Shown here in pieces: positions 21,349-30,706 of a stretch of 64,000 bases of DNA. The translations under genes were made by a program, and so were the position numbers. Every line of letters starts with the position of its first letter. Within the stretch, counting starts at the first letter, position 1. This stretch comes from an uncultured candidate division Zixibacteria bacterium (GTDB lineage: Bacteria > Zixibacteria > MSB-5A5 > GN15 > FEB-12), in assembly GCA_963735035.1 (NCBI GenBank), contig CAVTJJ010000004.1:448001-512000 (forward strand), given 5' to 3'. Below the pieces are notes generated by a model. That model was not told the origin of the DNA. It saw only the letters and a program-made list of their open reading frames with translations, and did no database searches.

Positions 21349-22426
21349 TTATTGTGTGCGAGGGGCTGGTGCAGGCGGTGCAAAGAACGATGTTCCCATG
21401 ACGCTGTCAAAACGCTGGCCGACGTCTCGATCCGTGAGATTTCGAGTGTTGCACCCACGCATCCGGATGGCGTTATCGGTGGTATTGAAGTAACATAGGC
21501 GAGTCCGCTCAGTATTGAAGCAGGTACCGAAGATCTGCAAGCCACTCGAGTCGTTTCGCGGCACCACCACGTCAAAGTCGTACTTGAGCGTATCGCCGGT
21601 AGCAAGATCGAACTGGAATGACGTGTCGCCGAGGCATCTGACATGATCGGTGAGTATTCTGATGCGAACATCCTTGCACATCGCATCCCCTCGAGCAAGG
21701 AGTCTCAGACGAACCACGCTGTCCGTGGCCACCATGTGAATCGGATTTATGTCCATGTCGAACATGTTCCTCGCCGTATCGATAACTCCCCCGTCCGCGG
21801 CATTGGGGATTGGCCCCGCCGAAATGTGGTTCCATACGGCCTCCTGATCTGCCCGGAACCTCGCATCTAGCTGCTTCATTGCCACAGCTCTCGGCCTCTG
21901 CTTCTGCCCGCGCTCGCGCCTGTGGGCTGAACCGAAAGTCGTACGGATAACATCTAACTGAGTCCTGGGTCTGCGACGAACGAGTAATGTGCCACCAGTG
22001 CGATCGCTTACGCCGGACCACCCTAACTAAGTTCAAACGCGCTTGTGTCAGACGCCGGAACGACGAGGTCGATGTAGTATGTGAGAGTATCTCCGACCTT
22101 ACCCGGAAAGGTCCAATTAGTGGCGAGGTGCATTGAAGCTTGTCCAGATTTGTCTAAGGTTACCGATGATGTCGCTGCATTCAACCTTGGGTACGACGGT
22201 GAGTTCAAGTCTCAATGGTCCCGGCCGAGTGGGCGAAGTGACAACCTGATCGCCGCTAGACTTCAAAGGGACCATTCTCAACCAACGGCGGAAATCCGCC
22301 GTCCGTTCCATATTGTGGAATGGTATCATCTGAGAATTCGACTACTGCCGAATCTGTAAGCACTTGCCCTACCAAGCCGCACACCGCCCATAGAGATGCT
22401 GACAAGAAGATCGCACGCCAGTTCAT
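21349..22426 (-). pseudogene. Fragmented exported-protein gene with an internally duplicated domain
   Basis: AGGAGG RBS + ATG 22426 (MNWRAIFLSASLWAVCGLVG signal peptide) stops after 56 aa; downstream fragments contain GDTLTYYIDLVVPASDTS and GDTLKYDFDVVVPRNDSS. Confidence 0.5.
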
Positions 22427-22714
22427 GATTCCCTCCTATGTCGTTCCCGTTTTCGATACCCCTGCATTACTCTGATCACTATGCGACCACACATCTGAAA
22501 CCCCGGTCTCCGGGCTATCATCCTTGTTCCTCAGATTCTGCCGCTAATTGGAGACAACCTTCCTGCCTTACTATACACCCCTTTCTGCAGCCTGCCAAGC
22601 GAATAACCGCGTCGTGGGCCTACAATAGTCTGACAAATCTCCCTATTGCCTCGGAGTATCTCGAATTGTATCTTCATCGATCCGGTAACTCGCCTCTTTT
22701 GAAGGATTGACGCA

Positions 22715-24114
22715 ATGGACTACAAAATTCGAACCAAAGTTTCCCGCATACTGATCGATGACGCCGTCCCGGCGGATACGGCTATTACTGTTCTTGGCTG
22801 GGTCAAGACGGTCAGGGTATCCAAGGCCGTGGCTTTTGTCGAGATCAACGACGGCTCCTGCATGGGGAATCTTCAGGCGGTTGTGGCCGATCCAGACAAA
22901 TACCCGGTGCTGGAAAAGTTGCTCACCGGGGCGTCGGTGCGGGTCAAAGGGAAATTGGTGGCGTCGCAGGGCCAGGGCCAGAAATACGAACTGGCGGTCG
23001 AGACCCTCGATCTGATCGGCGAGGCCGACCCGACCTATCCGCTTCAGAAGAAACGCCACACGTTTGAATATCTTCGCGAGATCGCCCATCTCCGGCCGCG
23101 CACCAATACGTTCGGGGCGGTCGGCCGGATGCAGCTCCAAGATCGCCTACGCCATTCACAAGTACTATCAGGAACGCGGGTTCTTCTATGTCCATACGCC
23201 GATGATTACGGCGTCGGACTGCGAAGGAGCCGGCGATATGTTCCGCGTGACCACGCTCGATCTGGACAACATCCCGCGCAAGGAAGGCAAGATCGATTGG
23301 GACGCTGATTTCTTCGCCTCGGAAACGTACCTGACCGTGTCGGGGCAGCTCGAGGGCGAGCTGATGGCGACTGCGCTGGGGGATATCTACACGTTCGGGC
23401 CGACTTTCCGCGCCGAGAACTCCAACACCAGTCGCCATGCCTCGGAGTTCTGGATGATCGAGCCGGAGATGGCCTGGGCGGAGATCGATGACAACATGGA
23501 TCTGGCCGAGGATTTCCTGAAATACCTGTTCCGGTTTGCGCTCGAAGAATGCGCCGACGACATGGCGTTCTTCAACCAGTGGGTGGACAAAGATGTCATT
23601 CGGACGCTCGAGAGCGTGGTCAATTCGCAGTTCGAGCGGATCACTTATACGCAGGCGATTGACATTCTCAACAAGTCGGGCGAGAAGTTTGAGTACCCGA
23701 CCGAATGGGGCTCAGATCTTCAGAGCGAACACGAACGCTTCCTGACCGAGAAGAAAATCGGGCGACCGGTAATAGTGTCCGACTATCCCGGAGAAGATCA
23801 AGTCGTTCTATATGAGAATGAACGAGGACGGCAAGACGGTCGCCGCGATGGATGTGCTGGTGCCGAAAGTGGGCGAGATCATCGGCGGGTCACAGCGCGA
23901 GGAACGCTACGACGTGCTCATGGACCGGATCAAGGCGAAGGGGATGACCGGCATGGAGAACTACTACTGGTATACTGATATTCGTCGCTGGGGTTCGGTG
24001 CCGCACGCCGGGTTCGGACTGGGGTTCGAACGCGCGATGATGTACATCACGGGCATTTCGAATATCCGCGATATCCTGACTTTCCCGCGAGTTCCGCGGT
24101 GGGCGAAGTTCTAG
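22715..24114 (+). CDS. asnS: Asparagine--tRNA ligase (two +1 frameshifts, ~23132 and ~23790)
   Basis: [75 protein letters not shown]. Confidence 0.93.
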
Positions 24115-24198
24115 GTTGGGTCTATGGTGGTTGGTGTACGTCCTCGTGCACCAACCTGTCTTGTAGGGCAGGTCCGCTTCGAACCTGCACTTCCACAC

Positions 24199-24308
24199 AA
24201 GAAAAGACGCCCGTTCTGGACGGGCGTCAAGGGTGCTCCGTAGAGCAAAACCTTCGAGACGGTTGTCTCTTACTGAGACTTGACTAACAACCGCCGCTTG
24301 AGTACATT
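24199..24308 (-). ncRNA. tracrRNA
   Basis: Minus strand reads AATGTACTCAAGCGGCGGTTGTTAGTCAAGTCTCAGT (anti-repeat, 24308-24272), then hairpins GAGAC-AACC-GTCTC and GCTC-TACG-GAGC, then terminator GACGCCCGT-CCAGA-ACGGGCGTC-TTTTCTT. Confidence 0.85.
24280..24308 (+). promoter_or_regulatory. Candidate cas9 promoter embedded in the anti-repeat
   Basis: TTGACT-N17-TACATT, 45 nt upstream of the cas9 ATG (RBS AAGGGGA). Confidence 0.55.
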
Positions 24309-24314
24309 ACTGGC

Positions 24315-24343
24315 TAAATACACTACGTTCGACCACCTGTCAA
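24315..24343 (-). promoter_or_regulatory. Candidate tracrRNA promoter
   Basis: TTGACA-N17-TATTTA on the minus strand; predicted +1 falls at the first base of the anti-repeat (24308). Confidence 0.55.
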
Positions 24344-24353
24344 GGGGAAATAC

Positions 24354-27300
24354 ATGAACCACGACAACGGTGAATCCAAACATCTGGGAATCGACCTTGG
24401 CCCAAATTCCATCGGGTGGGCGTTGGTTGAAGCGCCAGACAACAATACTCATCAGCTTGTCGTATCGGGTGTTCGCGTCTTTGAAGCGGGACTTGATAAA
24501 CTAGAATCCGACGGCAAAGGGGAATCCCGCAATGTCGCCCGACGTGCCGCGCGTCAGTCGAGGCGGGGAATTGAAAGAAGAGGCAGAAGGCTCACAAAAA
24601 TAGCCAACATTCTGCAGCGAGCGGGCCTTTTACCTGAAGGTGATCTGACCGACAGCGAGATCAGGCACAAGATATTGACGGAGCTTGATCTCAAGGTGGG
24701 CAATCCATACTCACTTCGTGCGCGTGCCCTTGATGAGAAATTGTCCAAACACGAACTCGGTCGCGCCTTGTTCCATTTGGCGCAAAGACGCGGCTTCCTC
24801 AGTAACCGCAAATCGGCGCCCAAGAAAGACGACGAGACTGGCAAAGTCAAAGCAGGTATAAGCCAGTTGAAGAAAGATATTGAAGCGTCTGGCTCGCGCA
24901 CACTCGGCGAGTATTTCAGTCGCATAGATCCGTTTCAACACCGGATACGGACGCACTACACGCATCGCTCGATGTATGAGCATGAGTTCAATCTCATCTG
25001 CGAGTCACAGAGTCGTTTTCATGCAGATGTATTGACAGATGATCTTAGAAAGATTCTTCACAAGGCGATCTTCTTTCAGCGGCCGCTCAAGAGCCAATCG
25101 CATCTGATTGGCAAATGCGAACTGGAACCGAAATACCGCCGCGCCCCTTGGGCGTTGCTCTGTGCCCAGCAATTCCGGTATCTGCAAACAATCAACAATC
25201 TGCGAGTGCTTGATGTCCCGAACCGCGAATTTCCGGAGTTGACCCCGGCCGAGCAATTCGCATTGGCAGAAAGGCTGGAATATCAGGAAGAGATGACTTT
25301 CGGTGCGGCGCGCAAGTTGTTGAACCTGCCCAAAACAAGCAAATTCAGCATTGAATTGGGCGGCGAGAAGAAGATCAAAGGCAACAGGACTGCGGCCTGC
25401 CTTGCCAAGATATTCGGCCTGGAGCGATGGCAAGCCATGACATCGGAAGAGCGCGACGCGGTGGTGGAAGACTGGCGAAGCATTGTCAAGGAAGAGACGC
25501 TCAAGAAACGCGGCATGAACAAATGGGGTCTTGACGAAGTCGCCGCAGAAGAACTGAGCCACCTGAATCTTGAAGAGGGCTATTGCTCAATGTCGCGTCA
25601 GGCTATCGCAAAACTACTGCCGCGACTTAGCTGTGGTGAAGCCCTGCAAACCGCTATCAAAACCGTGTACCCGGAACGCTTTGAACGCGTTGGTGCGGCT
25701 GTTGATACCCTGCCTCCAGTACGGGAATACTTCCCCTCGTTGCGGAACCCAATAGTGGAACGCGCTCTTACGGAATTGCGGCAAGTAGTGAACGCCATTG
25801 TTCGCGAGCATGGAAGACCCGCCGTGATTCGAGTTGAGCTGGCACGCGAACTGAAACAGCCGGCGAAGAGTCGCGAGGATACTATCAAGCGGATGCGCGC
25901 CAACGAAAAAGACCGGGCGAAGGCGGCGGAAAGAATACTTGAGGAAGCGAGAATCGCCAATCCGTCTCGGAGTGATATCCTCAGGGTTTTGTTGGCTGAG
26001 GAATGTGAGTGGACTTGCCCTTACACCGGCAGGCATTTCGGTATGACTGAAATCGTCGGAGATTCGCCGCAATTCGATATCGAGCATATCATCCCGCTCC
26101 ATAGGTGCCTTGACGACTCTTACATGAACAAGACCCTCTGCTATGCCGACGAAAACCGAAACCGCAAACGTGATCGAACTCCGTTTGAGGCCTACGCAGG
26201 CACCCCACAGTGGGATGAAGTTGTCGCACGGGTAGGAAAGTTCAAGGGCACGGCGGCAAGAGCCAAGCTGCAGCGCTTTCAGATGAAGCCTGAGGAGGTT
26301 GGGGCGTTGCTCGACAATTTTACTTCCCGGCAGTTAAACGATACCGCTTATGCCTCCCGAATGGCGAAGGAATATCTCGGACTTCTATTCGGCGGTCAGG
26401 ACAGCGACGGCATTGATGCCTCCAGTCATCGTCGCGTGCAGTGTACCAACGGCCAGGTCACAGCTTTTCTGCGCAATGTCTGGAGCCTCAACAGCATTCT
26501 TGGCGACGGACCCCGCAAGACCCGCGACGACCACCGCCATCACGCTGTTGACGCCGTCGTGGTCGCCCTGACCGATGCCGGCGCGGTCAAACGTCTGAGC
26601 GACGCGGCTTCTCGGGCCAAAATCGAGCGGCGGCGGCAGTTCGGCAAGGTGCCCCTACCGTGGGAGACATTCGATCAGGATGTTCGGCAGAGCATCGACA
26701 ACCTGGTCGTTTCGCACCGGCTCGATCACCGGGTAAGAGGTGCGTTTCACGAGCAGACTTTTTATGGTCGCCCAAGCCTCGGAGACGATGGCAAGCAGTA
26801 CGTACACACTAGGAAGCCGATTGAGAGAATCTCAGCCAAGGACATCAAAGACATTGCCGACAAGGCGGTGCGTGAATGTATCGAAAAGGCGCTCAGTGTC
26901 CTGGGGCAATCGAATCCTGCTGATGCTTTCAAAGACCCGGCCAGTCATCCGATCCTCAGCGGTGGAAACGACACCAGCAGGCCGATTCATCGGGTGCGAT
27001 TGAAGTCCTCTCTGAGGACTTTCGAGATCGGTTCCGGGCATCGTTTGAGGCATGTGGTACCAGACCGCAACCACCACATGGAGGTCGTGGAATTGCTCGA
27101 TGATAATGGGAACACCACCGGTTGGGAAGGGCATGTCGTTGATCTGTTTGAGGCGCGCCGTCGACTCGACCGGCGTGAACCGGTCATCAAGAAAGACCAC
27201 GGGTCGGGGAAATGCTTTCTATTTTCTCTGGCCAACGGCAACGTTATTGAATTGGACCAAGACGATGGTTCTCGTGGACTTTGCATCGTCCGAACCATCG

Positions 27301-27461
27301 AGACAAGTTCCAATATTAGGTGGGTTAGTATAAGAGATGCCCGGAAGTTGGCTGGTCGATCTAAAGCCGGTGAGACGGCTCGGCCGGATCCACTCCGAAA
27401 GAAGAACTGCTGCAAAGTAACAGTCGATCCGCTCGGCCGAGTCCGGCGAGCGCGTGATTAG
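24354..27461 (+). CDS. cas9: Compact type II-C Cas9 (1035 aa)
   Basis: RuvC-I LGIDLGPNSIGWA, Arg-rich bridge helix, HLAQRRGFLSNRK, RuvC-II RVELARE, HNH DIEHIIP..DDSYMNKTLC...N, RuvC-III HHAVDA. Confidence 0.96.
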   Translation: MNHDNGESKHLGIDLGPNSIGWALVEAPDNNTHQLVVSGVRVFEAGLDKLESDGKGESRNVARRAARQSRRGIERRGRRLTKIANILQRAGLLPEGDLTDSEIRHKILTELDLKVGNPYSLRARALDEKLSKHELGRALFHLAQRRGFLSNRKSAPKKDDETGKVKAGISQLKKDIEASGSRTLGEYFSRIDPFQHRIRTHYTHRSMYEHEFNLICESQSRFHADVLTDDLRKILHKAIFFQRPLKSQSHLIGKCELEPKYRRAPWALLCAQQFRYLQTINNLRVLDVPNREFPELTPAEQFALAERLEYQEEMTFGAARKLLNLPKTSKFSIELGGEKKIKGNRTAACLAKIFGLERWQAMTSEERDAVVEDWRSIVKEETLKKRGMNKWGLDEVAAEELSHLNLEEGYCSMSRQAIAKLLPRLSCGEALQTAIKTVYPERFERVGAAVDTLPPVREYFPSLRNPIVERALTELRQVVNAIVREHGRPAVIRVELARELKQPAKSREDTIKRMRANEKDRAKAAERILEEARIANPSRSDILRVLLAEECEWTCPYTGRHFGMTEIVGDSPQFDIEHIIPLHRCLDDSYMNKTLCYADENRNRKRDRTPFEAYAGTPQWDEVVARVGKFKGTAARAKLQRFQMKPEEVGALLDNFTSRQLNDTAYASRMAKEYLGLLFGGQDSDGIDASSHRRVQCTNGQVTAFLRNVWSLNSILGDGPRKTRDDHRHHAVDAVVVALTDAGAVKRLSDAASRAKIERRRQFGKVPLPWETFDQDVRQSIDNLVVSHRLDHRVRGAFHEQTFYGRPSLGDDGKQYVHTRKPIERISAKDIKDIADKAVRECIEKALSVLGQSNPADAFKDPASHPILSGGNDTSRPIHRVRLKSSLRTFEIGSGHRLRHVVPDRNHHMEVVELLDDNGNTTGWEGHVVDLFEARRRLDRREPVIKKDHGSGKCFLFSLANGNVIELDQDDGSRGLCIVRTIETSSNIRWVSIRDARKLAGRSKAGETARPDPLRKKNCCKVTVDPLGRVRRARD

Positions 27462-27476
27462 CCTGCCCAAACCATA

Positions 27477-27967
27477 AATGTACTCAAGCGGCGGTTCGTG
27501 TCAAGCCCCAGCTGTCTCTACCTTCTCACGCCGTGGGGCGTAAATGTACTCAAGCGGCGGTTAGCTGTCAAGTCCCAGCTGGACTACGTATTGATTGCCC
27601 TGTTGCTGGAATGTACTCAAGCGGCGGTTAGTGTCAAGTCCCAGCGCCGTGGGGCGTACAGGCGCAATCGTCAAAATGTACTCAAGCGGCGGTTCGCGTC
27701 AAGTCCCAGCTCAGTACGTATTCCATGATTAAGTCCTTTCAATGTACTCAAGCGGCGGTTCGCATCAAGTCCCAGCGCAGTCGGTGGGCTGATTCGGTAT
27801 CTACCAATGTACTCAAGCGGCGGTTCACGTCAAGTCCCAGCTCACCGTTCACCTGTCCGCTACCTAGTCGAATGTACTCAAGCGGCGGTTTGCGTCAAGT
27901 CCAGCCGACTTGAAGGGATCAGTTATGACCAACGCAATGTACTCAAGCGGCGGTTCGCGTCAAGTCC
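27477..27967 (-). CRISPR. CRISPR array: 8 repeats (35-37 nt, last truncated), 7 spacers (29-30 nt)
   Basis: Plus-strand consensus AATGTACTCAAGCGGCGGTTCGCGTCAAGTCCCAGC starting at 27477, 27543, 27610, 27675, 27741, 27806, 27871, 27936; orientation inferred from tracrRNA complementarity. Confidence 0.95.
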
Positions 27968-28068
27968 GCCTGACCTACGATTATCCCATTGAACCGCTTC
28001 GCTTCAGCCTCTTTTGGCCCCCTCAAACAATTCTAAATCCTACCCCTCGCTTTGCCGATATAAGAGAC

Positions 28069-28869
28069 ATGGGCTACAAGTCTGACTTACGCCAGGTCCT
28101 GATTGCTGTCTTCGGGCTCGCTCTGAGCGCGCTCGTGATCGGCTGCAATGGCGCGCCGACCAAGAGCAGCAACGAGGACAAATACCGCGTCGACGGTCTG
28201 GTTGTACAGAACCTGAACGTCGACACGGCGTTCATTGCCGCCCGATTCGCCCGCAACGACACCTCGATTACCAACGCCTCGATCAAACTCGCCGGTACGC
28301 CTCTGGGCTATTTCGCGTCGCTTCGAGGCATCCTCGCGGCCTATCAGTCCTGGCTGAAACCGGCAGATTCGCTGGCGGGATCAAGTGTCTATCTTCGTGT
28401 CGCCGACGCCAGTCGCTTCACTGATAGTCTGCCGCTGGGTATCGTAGGCACTTTCGGCCTGACCGACAACTTCCAGCCGCCCAACCATCATCTCCAGGGT
28501 ATGACTAATTATGTCTCTCTGGAATGGACCGCGGCCGCCAACGCGGATAGCTACGTGCTAGCCGCCGTCAAGACGTCACTGGTCGGCACCGGAGCAGGCT
28601 ACAGCGCCCAGGTGACAGCGACCGGCGTGGCCGGAACTATTCCCGCGGATGCCTTCATGAATCCAAGCACCAACCTTCCCGACACCGGGCTTTACAATAT
28701 CTATGTATATGCCTTCAACGACGCCCCCGACTCGGCTTTAGCGACCAAACTCCTGCCGGTGCCGTGGCCAATTCAGGTGACCGAGAATATCGCTCGAACG
28801 TCTCTGAAGGGTCGGTTCGGGTCTATCACCGTGGCGCTCAAGGACACGGTTCGGGTGCTCGCTCAGTAG
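28069..28869 (+). CDS. Hypothetical lipoprotein
   Basis: MGYKSDLRQVLIAVFGLALSALVIGC lipobox. Confidence 0.65.
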   Translation: MGYKSDLRQVLIAVFGLALSALVIGCNGAPTKSSNEDKYRVDGLVVQNLNVDTAFIAARFARNDTSITNASIKLAGTPLGYFASLRGILAAYQSWLKPADSLAGSSVYLRVADASRFTDSLPLGIVGTFGLTDNFQPPNHHLQGMTNYVSLEWTAAANADSYVLAAVKTSLVGTGAGYSAQVTATGVAGTIPADAFMNPSTNLPDTGLYNIYVYAFNDAPDSALATKLLPVPWPIQVTENIARTSLKGRFGSITVALKDTVRVLAQ

Positions 28870-29109
28870 CTTCCAGGCTTCAGGGCTTATTGGAAGAAGT
28901 CTCCTCAAGTCACTTTCATGCATTTGCTATATCAGCCGGCAGATGTGGGCATCTGCCGGGCACCTGGTGAGAATCGCTGTCGGGCAGATGTGGGCCCGCC
29001 GCGGCGGGCCGGGCACTAGTCAGGCATCTGCAAGTCATCTGCCGGGCGCTAGTTCTTCCCAATCCGCATTTTAGTTGCCCGTACGGATCGTCACCGATAG
29101 GTTCGTTTC

Positions 29110-30045
29110 ATGGCGGACATGAACGAACTTATCAGCCGATTACGGCAGCTCGATACCGAAAAGGTCAATCCGAACACGGTCGATATCGATCGACTGTCAC
29201 CCGTCGAAATCGCGCGTAAGATAAATGCCGAGGACAAGACGGTTGCAACTGTAGTCGAAGCTGCTCTTGAGCCGTTAGCGAGTGCGGCGCAAGTCTTTGC
29301 CGAAACCCTCAAGAACGGCAAGCGAGTCTTCTATGTCGGCGCGGGGACTTCCGGGCGGTTGGGGGTGCTCGACGCCGCCGAATGTCCGCCGACTTTCGGT
29401 ACCGATCCCAAACAGATAATAGGCTTGATCTCGGGCGGGTACGAGACCTTGATCCTCTCCAAAGAAGGGGTTGAAGACGATGTTCGAGCGGCTGTTGTGG
29501 ACCTTCAGTCTCACCATCTGGCTACGGGCGATTTCGTGATCGGGCTGGCTGCCTCCACTCGAACCCCGTACACGCTTTCGGCTTTGCGATACGCCAAGAC
29601 CTGTGGCTGCCGGACCGCGTTCATCGTATGCAATCTCGCGGGTGGAATAGAAATCAGACCGGACATACTTATAGAATTGCCGGTGGGACCGGAAGCCATT
29701 ACCGGTTCGACTCGTATGAAATCGGGCACGGCCGAGAAGATGGCGCTGAACATCATTTCTACCACCGCCATGGTGCTCTTGGGGAAGACCTACGGAAATC
29801 TGATGGTTGATCTTCAGGCGCGCTCCGAAAAGCTGGCGGCAAGATCACGCAAGATTCTTATCGAGCTGCTGCAAGTCGATCTGCCCAAGGCCGAGGAACT
29901 GCTGCAGCTTTCCGGTGGATCGGTCAAACTGGCGATAGTTATGCACTGGCAGAAATGCGACCGGGCCGAAGCGGAGAAGCGCCTGGCGCAAGCGGGGGGG
30001 TTCATTTCGCGATTGACCAAAGTGCCGCCGGCACAATTGCCCTGA
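29110..30045 (+). CDS. murQ: N-acetylmuramic acid 6-phosphate etherase
   Basis: GAGTSGRLGVLDAAECPPTFG, GPEAITGSTRMKSGTA.K, GNLMVD. Confidence 0.93.
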   Translation: MADMNELISRLRQLDTEKVNPNTVDIDRLSPVEIARKINAEDKTVATVVEAALEPLASAAQVFAETLKNGKRVFYVGAGTSGRLGVLDAAECPPTFGTDPKQIIGLISGGYETLILSKEGVEDDVRAAVVDLQSHHLATGDFVIGLAASTRTPYTLSALRYAKTCGCRTAFIVCNLAGGIEIRPDILIELPVGPEAITGSTRMKSGTAEKMALNIISTTAMVLLGKTYGNLMVDLQARSEKLAARSRKILIELLQVDLPKAEELLQLSGGSVKLAIVMHWQKCDRAEAEKRLAQAGGFISRLTKVPPAQLP

Positions 30046-30135
30046 CGAAAATTCAACTGTCATCCAGGTGCAGTCAGGCATCTCGCTACGAGATGCCCAA
30101 CCACACAGATCCGGTCTCAAAGATTCAAGCCGCTA

Positions 30136-30330
30136 CTAGCAGCACTTGGCGTTGTCAGAGCCACCGCAGCAGGACTGCATCTTCTCTTTGATCCGCTTGA
30201 CCTTCTCCGGGTCGTTGCTGGTCAGATTGATACAGATACCGCCGTCAGTCTCTTCAACCTTGCAGGACAGTCCTTCGCACATGTTCTCGGCGGACGTCCC
30301 ACAGCAGATGGTTACTTTCTTCTCAGTCAT
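30136..30330 (-). CDS. Small Cys-rich protein (putative metal binding)
   Basis: 64 aa with three CC pairs; AAGGAG RBS; downstream of arsR-like gene. Confidence 0.6.
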   Translation of the reverse strand: MTEKKVTICCGTSAENMCEGLSCKVEETDGGICINLTSNDPEKVKRIKEKMQSCCGGSDNAKCC

Positions 30331-30390
30331 GATACTTCGCTCCTTTCATAGATGAATAGGTTAATGTCTATATGACCGGTCACAAAAAAA

Positions 30391-30675
30391 TCACTTTAGC
30401 TCCATCTTTATCGACAACACCTTCATCTGTTGCCCGCAACAATCGACAACCGCCTCGCGATTGAAGCGGTAGTACACCTCGCGTCCGCGTTTGTCGCTTG
30501 TCACAAGGCCGGCTCGCTTCAGAATGTCCAGATGATGCGACACCGACGGTTGGGTAATGCTGAACCGACTGCAGATATCCGACACGCACAACTCCTCATT
30601 CTTGAGCAACTCAAGAATTTTGAGCCGGGTGGGGTCACCCATCGCGAAGAAGGCCTGACAGCATTTGTTATCCAT
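30391..30675 (-). CDS. ArsR/SmtB-family metalloregulator
   Basis: GDPTRLKIL, ELCVSDI, TQPSVSHHL.IL..AGLV...K.GR.VYY. Confidence 0.9.
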   Translation of the reverse strand: MDNKCCQAFFAMGDPTRLKILELLKNEELCVSDICSRFSITQPSVSHHLDILKRAGLVTSDKRGREVYYRFNREAVVDCCGQQMKVLSIKMELK

Positions 30676-30690
30676 AGTCAATTCTCATCA

Positions 30691-30706
30691 ATAGACATCT
30701 GTCTAT
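30691..30706. promoter_or_regulatory. Candidate ArsR operator
   Basis: ATAGACA-TC-TGTCTAT palindrome just downstream of a minus-strand TTGATT-N17-TATATT promoter. Confidence 0.65.

Noticed and set aside
22715..24114. Programmed frameshifting or pseudogenisation of asnS and other split genes
   Set aside because: No shared slippery motif, the proteins are otherwise intact, and the uniform +1 pattern fits sequencing error.
24272..24308. Orphan CRISPR repeat or second mini-array upstream of cas9
   Set aside because: A single copy followed by nexus-like hairpins and a terminator fits a tracrRNA anti-repeat better.
27513..27935. Self-targeting protospacers within this window
   Set aside because: None noticed by eye; an alignment is needed to exclude partial matches.
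27498..28068. Short ORFs across the CRISPR array and the 5' extension of ORF 27910-28869
   Set aside because: Translations of repeat-spacer units; the lipoprotein most plausibly starts at 28069.
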